From assembly GCA_964016885.1 (NCBI GenBank), contig OZ024761.1:18228001-18292000 (forward strand): 64,000 nucleotides of DNA. Reading direction: 5' to 3'. Shown here piece after piece: positions 53,995-64,000 of the stretch. Position numbers and translations under genes: made by a program. This DNA is from Eledone cirrhosa (taxonomy: Eukaryota). The notes beneath the pieces were generated by a model that ran no database searches, was not told the DNA's origin, and saw only the letters and a program-made list of their open reading frames with translations. Positions within the stretch are counted from its first letter, which is position 1. The number at the start of each line of letters is the position of its first letter.

Positions 53995-54927
53995 GTGAAA
54001 GAGGTGATGGGGATGTTGATGGAGGTGATGGTGATGGTTACTTACAGCAATGGTGGTGGTGATAATGTTAATACTGTGATGGCGGTGATGGCGATGGTGA
54101 TGGTAGCAGTGAAAATGATGATGGTGATGATGATGATGATGATGTCGGTGATAGTAATAAAGATGATGATGATGATGATGGTGGTGACGATGGTGGTGAT
54201 GCTGATGATGGTTGAGATGCTGATGATGATGGTGGTGATGCTGATGATGGTTGAGATGATGATGGTGGTGATGCTGATGATGGTTGAGATGATGATGATG
54301 GTGGTGGTGGTGATGATGATGGTTGAGATGATGATGATGGTGGTGATGCTGATGATGGTTGAGATGATGATGATGGTGATGCTGATGATGGTTGAGATGA
54401 TGATGATGGTGGTGGTGGTGATGATGATGGTTGAGATGATGATGATGATGATGGTGATAGAAGTAAAGATGAGGGTGACGATGGTGATGGTGATGGTGAT
54501 GGTGATAGCGGTAAAGATGATGGTGATGATATATCACCTGACACTATTTTTCTACCAGTCAGTGCCAACATTTTGCTATGTGTTGTTGTTGCCGTTGTTG
54601 CTGTTGTTGTTGTTGTTGTTGCTGTTGTTGTTGCTGCCAAACTTCGAATCAGTTTCACTGAGCAGAGAAACGTGGTGATATGCAGGAAAACATTTGTACT
54701 AGTACAACCACCACCACCACCATTACTACTACCACCACCACCACCATTACTACTACTACCACCACCACCACCATTACTACTACTACCATCACCACCACCA
54801 CCACTACTACTACCATCACCACCACCACCACCACTACTACTACCATCACCACCACCACCACCATCACCACCATTACCACCACCACCACCACTACTACCAC
54901 CATTTCTACTACTACTTCTACCACCAT

Positions 54928-54959
<32 letters not shown>

Positions 54960-54985
54960 TTACTACTACTACCACCACCAGTAGT
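53995..54985. repeat. Trinucleotide repeat complex (GAT/GGT)n, (GTT)n, (CCA/CTA)n
   Basis: Directly visible; explains the poly-M/H/T/P ORFs. Confidence 0.95.
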
Positions 54986-55167
54986 ACCAATATGTAATAA
55001 AAGTTATTTGTACTATTACTAACATGGAATGAAGTTCCGGTTTCGTCTATGAGTGTTCCAGTTGTTCAATCAATAGAACAGCTTTCTTGTGTAAGTGGCT
55101 GAGCATTCCACAGACGTGTATCTAATATAGTTCAGCATAACAGTGTCTGAGAAGGCTGACCCACTGA

Positions 55168-55369
<202 letters not shown>

Positions 55370-55427
55370 TTTTGAGTAATGCCATTTCTTGATACTTAAG
55401 CATGAGCATCACCGATGTGGCTTTCTA

Positions 55428-55487
55428 GTCCGGCAAGGGACTTGCACATGTCCGGCAAGGGACTTGCACATGTCCGGCAAGGGACTT
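55428..55487. repeat. About 2.7 x 22 bp tandem GTCCGGCAAGGGACTTGCACAT
   Basis: Directly visible. Confidence 0.9.
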
Positions 55488-55913
55488 TCCTATGGCCAGC
55501 AATAAAATGCATCACAAAAAATGTCACCTATCAAGCGATGCCTGTGCTTGAAGGTTTTTGAAATTTGCCCCATTGTATATCATCAAATATACCACACAGT
55601 GGCAATGAATCTGAAGCCATATGGGTTATGAAGCAAAGTCCTTAACCATGCAGCCATGCCTGGGACTATATGTAAGGGTCAGCTGACCAAGATACTCTCA
55701 TGGAATGACCAAATGAGTTTTTTTTTTTCAACATAGTCCCTAGAAAGAAATAATTGCAGTTATTAATAAGAAGAGTTGAAATTAATGTATGCAAGATTTC
55801 ACACATCTAGCATCACTCATTTATAGTCAGCCTATGAACTTTTAAGCCAACCCTCATAAAAGCACATTTTAAAAATAATGTTTGAAATATATACACACAC
55901 ACACACACACACA

Positions 55914-55949
<36 letters not shown>

Positions 55950-55953
<4 letters not shown>

Positions 55954-56730
55954 TCATCATCATCATCATCATCAGGTTTAGCGTCCGTGTTCCACGCTTG
56001 CATGGGTTTGGACGGGGGTTTTCCCACTTGAGGCAAGAGTGGTTGTCTTGCTCGCATAGGACTGTCTGGCGGGTTTTCTACAGTTGGATGCCCTTCCTAA
56101 CACCAACCACATTTACAGTGTGGGGCTGGGAGGTTTTTACCGTGTTGCCTACACGGCCACATTACAGCGTGGACTGTCTGGCGGGTTTTCTACAGCTGGA
56201 TGCCCTTCCTAACACCAACCACATTTACAGTGTGGGACTGGGAGGTTTTTACCGTGTTGCCTACACGGCCACATTTACAGCGTGGACTGTGTGTTTTTTT
56301 GTCGTGACACCTACACGATCTCATTTGTTTCGGCCTGGATGTTGTGGGACCAACATAACTTTACATTGAAAGGGGTGGTGTGGGTGGGGTGGAGGTGGTG
56401 GGACGGGGGTGTGTTTTGATAGAGATGCCTACTGACTGTAGTAGGTTTTTACTTTGTATTTAGGTAAGGCGGGTCTTCTCTATTACTGAGTACCGCCAAA
56501 GGTCTCGGTCCAGTGACATTGTCTTGGAGAGGTGTAAGCGTGTGAGGTCGGAATTTATCAGCTCGTCCCATGTTTTTCTGGGTCTGCCTACTCCGTGGCT
56601 ACCGTGTATCTTTATTGCCCTGCACTTTGTTATACAGCTGTCGTCTTTCATGCGCATCACGTGACCGTACCAACGTAGCCTTCTCTCGAGTAAACAACAT
56701 CTGATCCCTCTTATTTCTAATTTTTTCCTT
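55950..56730 (-). mobile_element. 5'-truncated RTE LINE (ORF end, 3' UTR with ~112 bp internal duplication, (GAT)n tail)
   Basis: RRLRWYGHVMRM...GRPRKTWDE...DRDLWR, followed by the UTR shared with 41033 and 62575. Confidence 0.9.
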
Positions 56731-56834
56731 ATATGTATATATAGATGAATATTATATATATATATATATATAGAAATTACATGAATCATTTATTTGCTTA
56801 CAATTGTTTCTTCCAAACCGATGTATATATATAT

Positions 56835-57968
56835 AATAATAATGAAATTATTGTGTAAAGTGCTCAGGTGTACTACAACTCGCCAAAGGTGCATGTATAG
56901 TACATAGAATAATACACAAATGTCAGGGAAGTGAATAGTGTATGAGTCATGATATACATGTGTGTATGTGTATAGAGGGGGAACATTAGGTGTAGTGTTG
57001 GCGAATCTTGGGAAGCATGGAGGTTTTAAAGGATGCAGTGTCTCGACAGCTAACAACTGATGCTGGTAGTTTGTTCCATGCTTCAGCAACTCTGAGCGTG
57101 AAAAAATGTTTCCGAAAGTCATGGGAACTGTACTGTTTTCTGACTTTGTGGGCATGCCCACGTGTGTTAGACACATGGAAATCAAAAAGGTGGTCAGGGT
57201 TGTTGTTGGCAAGATGGTTAACAATTTTGTGGGTGTTTACCAAGTCCATTGACAGACGTCGGAGCTTCAATGTATCCATGCCCAGGGAAGCAAGGCGTTC
57301 AGAGTATGGTAGATGCCTGATGGAAGGTATTCGCTTGGTTGCATGTCTCTGAACAGTTTCCAGGCGGTCAATGTTCTGAGCAAGATAGGGGTTCCAGACT
57401 GGTGATGCAAATTCTAAGTGTGGCCGCATCATAGCCATGTACAGCCTTAAATAGATAGCTGGAGAGTGGCTGACAAAGGTCTTGCTGAGTGATGCTAAGA
57501 CACCCTCGGCCCTCTTGACAATTTTAGAGACGTGCTTCGTCCAACGCAAATCGCTGCTGACCGTAATGCCCAGGTCACGTTCACAAAAAGACTTCTTGAT
57601 ATTAGTGCTGGGGAGGGAGTATGTGGACGCTGGGATTTTACTCCCAAAATGCATGGTGGTGCACTTGTCCACAGCTAGCTTGAGTTGCCAGTCTGAGATC
57701 CATTGTTGCATTGTGTCCAGGTCAGACATCAAGCAAGATCTATAGTGTTCAGGATCTGTCCTTTTTATCTCAAGGTACAGTTTGATGTCATCTGCGTACT
57801 TTAGTACCGTGGCATTCTTTAAGTTGGCATCTATGTCATTAATATATACCACAAACAAAAAGGGGCCAAGAACAGATCCCTGTGGTACACCAGATGACAT
57901 CTCATATGGTGAGGAATGCTGTCCCAGAACCGTGACTACCTCTCTTTGACTGAGAATGAAGGACTTCA
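56835..57968 (-). mobile_element. 5'-truncated CR1-group LINE; open RT C-terminal ORF 56986-57972
   Basis: SGVPQGSVLGPFLFVVYIND, KYADDIKL, ERDLGI, RPHLEFASPVWNP, LETVQR, FFTLRVAEAWNKLP. Confidence 0.93.
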
Positions 57969-58004
57969 ACAATATTCATATATATATATATATATAAAAC
58001 AATA

Positions 58005-58067
<63 letters not shown>

Positions 58068-58859
58068 ATATTCATATATATATATATATATATATATAGT
58101 AATAATAATAAATTTGAAGACTAAAATTCAAATTAATATATATATATATATGTATATATATATATGAATATTATATATATACATATATATACATACATAC
58201 AACAATATTCATATATATATGAATATTGTATGTATGTATGTCAAGGCAGAATTCTAGGAGAAGGAAAACTCTGATATAACACCTGCAACCCTGATGGTAT
58301 CCAATGATGTTGACTTGTTCTTCTTTTTGGTAAATATCATCTTGGTTAAGAGAGTGGGACTGGCTTTGTGCAGTGCCTTTGCTCACTATAAAAGCTTCAC
58401 GGCACAGGCATTGCTTTATATCTGGAGATCTCTCTGCACTTGTCGTCACATGGTAACATGGTCCCAGCACTATGTGTCAATAATTGTCACAAGTGTAGTG
58501 TTTGTACCAGAGTTTTCAAGTCGCTGGCTGGACTAAAAAGTCACACTCGTTCAGTGCATCAGTAGAGGTTCTCCTACATGGATATAAAGTAGTGGCTCTA
58601 CTCGAAAATGAGTTGGCAGCCACCATGTATGTATATATATATATATATATATATACTGTTATATATATATATATAGTTGACATTGTCTCAGATGAAATAT
58701 ATTGTGTCCATTGTCTAGAATTACAACATAGTTGAGATTGTTGACTAAAATGTTTCCATTTGATCTAACAGGGAAATATATAAACATGGCAGACAACACT
58801 GTCAACCATATTGGAACAATGACCACATAATTGTAAATTAACAGGAACCTAATTAACAA

Positions 58860-59520
58860 CAACACCTCTACCGCTACCTACACCACCACCTACACCAACA
58901 CCAACACCACCTACACCAACAACTCCACCACCACCACTACCATCTCCTACACCACCACTACCACTACCATCTCCTACACCACCACCTACACCGATACCAA
59001 CACCACCACCAACACCAACAACACCAACTCCACCACCACCACTACCATCTACACCACCACCTACACCGATACCAACACCACCACCAACACCAACAACACC
59101 AACTCCACCACCACCACTACCATCTCCTACACCACCACTACCATCTCCTACACCACCACCTACACCAACAACACCAACTCCACCACCACCACTACCATCT
59201 CCTACACCAACACCATCTCTTACACCACAACGCCACCACCATCACTACAACAACAACACCACCACAACACACCACCACCTCCATCAATGCCTCCTACACC
59301 AACTCCACCACCACCACCACCACCATATCCTACACCACCACCACCACCTCCACCGCCATTAACCACCAGAACTACAACACCAACAACCACCATTAAAACA
59401 ACAACACTACCACTGTCAACACCACCGCCACCAAAACCTCTTACATCAATACCACCAACACCAACACCATCAACATCAACACCACCATTATCAACACCTC
59501 CACCTCCACCTCCACCTCTA
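58860..59520. repeat. (CCA/CAA)n low-complexity tract
   Basis: Directly visible. Confidence 0.93.
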
Positions 59521-59619
59521 CATTTATTAACTGTCATGGGAGACAGACAGACAGACAGGAGAAAACCCAGTTAGTTTTTAGTTTTTAAACTGGTAATTTT
59601 ATGTGTGGGTGTTTGTATA

Positions 59620-60458
<839 letters not shown>

Positions 60459-60652
60459 TAAATAAATCATTAAAAAATGTTGTGTGTAAAAGAATATATT
60501 CTTCAAGAGGAGTGAATGAACTTTGGAAAGAGCAACTGGCTACCCCCTCCAACCCTGTAAATTGCCTGTATTTATAATGTATATATATATATATATATAC
60601 ATATATACATATATATTATCGTCATTGTTTTAATGGCTGGTTTCCCTGCTAG

Positions 60653-60707
<55 letters not shown>

Positions 60708-60759
60708 AGTATATCATTGTCATCCAACAGTTCCCATGTCTTTAGTTATACTATGAGAC

Positions 60760-60843
<84 letters not shown>

Positions 60844-61009
60844 AATATATACATAAACACATACACACACACACACATATATATATAACATATATTTGTA
60901 TATTCATATAAAATCTGACTGGACAAACCTGTTGTAACTGAACTAAACTGTTCAGTTATATAAGACTTCTAGATACCATTATCACCATTATCCTTATTGT
61001 AGTATTTGT

Positions 61010-61262
61010 ACAGTGTTAGACACTATGCTTTGCAGCATAGTGTTATGGCCCTTTACATTTTGAGTTAAAATCCCGCCGAGGTTAACTTTGCCTTTCATCC
61101 TTACGGGGTTGATAAAATAAAGTACCAGTAATGCACTGGGTAATTGCTGGCCTTGTGCCAAAAGTAGAAACAATTATTATTATCATTGTATTGGCAGTAT
61201 CGGTAGTGTCTGACAACATGCTTTGCCGCACAGAGTTATGGCCCTTTACGATCCGAGTTCAC
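61010..61262 (+). mobile_element. SINE family 1, one near-full copy plus a second head
   Basis: Core CCTTTCATCCTTACGGGGTTGATAAAATAAAGTACCAG; second TTGGCAGTATCGGTAG head. Confidence 0.85.
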
Positions 61263-61429
61263 AGCATAGCAGAGGCACAGCATGGTGGAATCGCAGCAGA
61301 GCAGAGGCAGTCCTATACAAACGTGACACTGTCACCCAAACCAGCTTGCCTCGAGTAGGACAAACCTGTCTAACCCATGCTAATGTGGAAGATCGACATT
61401 AAACAATGATGATGATGATGATGATATAC

Positions 61430-61657
61430 CATCATCATCATCATACGTCCGCTTTTCCCTGCTTGCAAGGGTGGGACGGGTCCTATTCAGCACAGCATCT
61501 CTCCACTTGTCACAGGTCCTTCATCATCCCCTCCGTGAGTTCCAGCTATCTGAGGTCTGCTCTCACCACCTCTGCCCATGTTTTTTGTGGTCTACCTCTG
61601 CTGCGTCCAACCATTGCAAGCAGGGAATTGCGGACGTAAAATGATGATGATGATGAT
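61430..61657 (-). mobile_element. RTE LINE 3' end carrying the SINE family 2 tail, with an inverted tail copy
   Basis: Minus-strand GRSRGRPQKTWAEVVRADL, then CCCGTCCCACCCTTGCAAGCAGGGAAAAGCGGACGTA(TGA)n. Confidence 0.8.
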
Positions 61658-61684
61658 ATATATATATCATATACATATATATAA

Positions 61685-61734
<50 letters not shown>

Positions 61735-62049
61735 GTGTTATATATTATATATATGTGCTAGGAAGAATTTTGGAGAACTTTTCACTAATTCTAAGAGGTA
61801 ACTTCCTGAAACTAGAGTAAAAACACCAAGTAGCTAACTTAAATACACCTCTCTCTCCCCACTCACTTCTTCATTCTATTTAATTTTCCCTCTAACTGAC
61901 TCTCATATTTGGATAGAATAAAAAATATATATATATATATAAATATAGTAATAATAATAAATTTGAAGACTAAAATCCAAAGATATATATATATAAATAT
62001 TAATTCAAAATTAACCATCTACTATGTCAGGGTATGTCATGTATCATTT

Positions 62050-62120
62050 TATTTTATCTGATGAGGACGTACTGTTGGTTGAACTTAACTCAGTACCTCT
62101 GAAATATGTATAGTAAAATA
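62050..62120 (+). ncRNA. Type I hammerhead ribozyme (Penelope-like)
   Basis: Stem I TATTTTAT/GTAAAATA; CTGATGA 62058-62064; stem II GTACTG/CAGTAC; GAAA 62101-62104; short stem III ATA tg TAT then A. Confidence 0.7.
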
Positions 62121-62258
62121 TAATTGATCACAAGAATATCTATTTTGTTAATATTTTGAATTAATATTAATAACTCTGGAAAACCTTTTTCTATTGAGTG
62201 CTTCCAATCTATTGTAAAACTCATTTTTTGATGTATTCATTGAACCTTGTTTAACTTT

Positions 62259-62319
<61 letters not shown>

Positions 62320-62574
62320 GTAATAAACAAGATAAATCATGGAGTATGTTGGTTAACTTCCTATAACTGAAGAGTGCTCAACTTATCGGGCTGGAAGATG
62401 CCAACCACATATGAGATATAGAATATGCTTCGATCATTCCTGGTGGGAGCTGTTTATAAGAAGTGTTTCCATTGTTTATTACATAACTAAAAAGCTCTGT
62501 AGTCTACATAGAGCACTCTCCTTTCCTTTACCTTTCCTACGGAAACACTTCATATATTTATATGTACGAAGCGA

Positions 62575-62925
62575 AACCTAGTCAGTAGGCACCCATATCC
62601 CACTCCCATCCACACCGCCCCTTTCAATGTAAAGTTATGTTGGTACCACAACATCCAGTCCGAAACAAATGAGGTCGTGTAGGTGTCACGACAAAAAAAC
62701 ACACAGTCCACGCTGTAATGTGGCCGTGTAGGTAACACGGTAAAAACCTCCCAGCCCCACACTGCAAACGTGGTTGATGTTAGGAAGGGCATCCAGCCTT
62801 AGAAAACCTGCCAGACAGTCCTATACGAGCGAGACGACCAATCTTGCCTCAAGTGGGACAATTCCCGTCTAAACCCCTGCTAGCGTGGAAGATAGACGTT
62901 AAACGATGATGATGATGATGATGAT
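62575..62925 (+). mobile_element. RTE LINE 3' UTR fragment
   Basis: Reverse complement of 55950-56450. Confidence 0.82.
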
Positions 62926-63147
62926 ATATATAGATAGACATAAACATACATATATATATATAATATATATATATATGATGATGATGATATATATAGATGT
63001 ATAGATAGACATACACTTAACATATATATATATATATATATATGTTAAGTGTATGGAATTTTAATAATACTAAATAAGCTGTCTTGCAATAGAATGAGCA
63101 TTGTTTTTCTTGGCCTTATCTACGAATATCTTGCATATATAAATATG

Positions 63148-63199
<52 letters not shown>

Positions 63200-63297
63200 G
63201 TATAACTGAACAAAAAAGAAAAACGGACACAAACATATATGTGTTCAAATCGTAATGGACCAGAATTGAGTTTCTAACTCAATACATGCCTTTGATA

Positions 63298-63632
63298 TGG
63301 CTTAGTGGTTAGAGCATTGGCCTTGCAATCGAAAGGTTGTGAGTTCAATTCTCAGACTGAGTGATGTGTTGTTTCCTTGAGCAAGACACTTTATTTCACA
63401 TTGCTCCAGTTTATTCAGCTGTAGAAATGAGATGATACGGACTGGGGTCCATATCATACCACTGCAAAGTGGTCGTGGAGGTGCCACGGCAAAAAAGCAC
63501 CCAGCACTCAGTGTAAATGAGGTTGGTGTTAGGAAGTGCATCCAGCTGTAGAAATCAAGCCAGAATCAGTTCCCGTCCCACCCTTGCAAGCAGGGAAAAG
63601 CGGACGTAAAATGATGATGATGATGATGATGA
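63298..63632 (+). mobile_element. SINE family 2, full length
   Basis: Matches 38400-38724. Confidence 0.9.
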
Positions 63633-63644
63633 TATATATATATA

Positions 63645-63992
63645 TAGTACTCCCAGTTATTCGCGGAATTTTCCTTAGAACCTAACTAATAGTTATCCGT
63701 AGAAACCACTGTGTATTCACAGAATCGTAAATATTTTCCGTGATTTTTTTAATGATTTTTTTTCATGGCAATAGATATTTAACACTAAATTATCAATAAC
63801 TATATACTATATTTTCCGGACTATTGGGCGCCCCTTCGCATAAGATGCTCCCTCTCCTCTTTTTTTAAATTATATTTCATGTTATATTTGACGTTTGTAA
63901 GCATTTTTATGGACCATGTCCAATATTCGCGGTTTTTCACTCTTCGCGGGTACTCTAAGAACGTAACCCCTGTAAATAACAGGGGTCAACTG
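63645..63992 (+). mobile_element. pogo/Tigger-like MITE, intact arrangement
   Basis: Imperfect TIRs TAGTACTCCCAGTTATTCGCGG / AATAACAGGGGTCAACTG with TA flanks; homologous to the split pieces in the array. Confidence 0.75.
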
Positions 63993-64000
63993 TATATATC

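Overview
AT-rich, microsatellite-dense animal genomic DNA. The SINE, RTE and Penelope-type content and the long (TA)n/(CA)n tracts look like an octopus or other cephalopod (inference). No intact host gene is recognisable, and most ORF-track entries are translated microsatellites. Positions 1-~32.7 kb hold a head-to-tail array of a ~6.2-6.3 kb unit (starts at 1, 6287, 12568, 18731, 24903, 31161). It ends at a flipped hairpin and is followed by an older, inverted, SINE-interrupted copy (~33.1-37.8 kb), which makes a ~10 kb palindrome centred near 32.9 kb. By manual translation each unit carries: a frameshifted Ty3/Gypsy-type reverse transcriptase core (YVDD motif) that the ORF track does not reveal; three diverged paralogues of one orphan ORF family; two of a second; a tRNA-like Pol III cassette; a split MITE; and a ~380 bp hairpin. 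The rest of the window (38-64 kb) is a transposon graveyard: two tRNA-derived SINE families, RTE and CR1 LINE fragments, MITEs, a Helitron-like piece, Penelope-type hammerhead ribozymes, several fold-back palindromes in (TA)n tracts, simple repeats and a 200-N gap. All protein and RNA assignments are by-eye motif matches, not database results.
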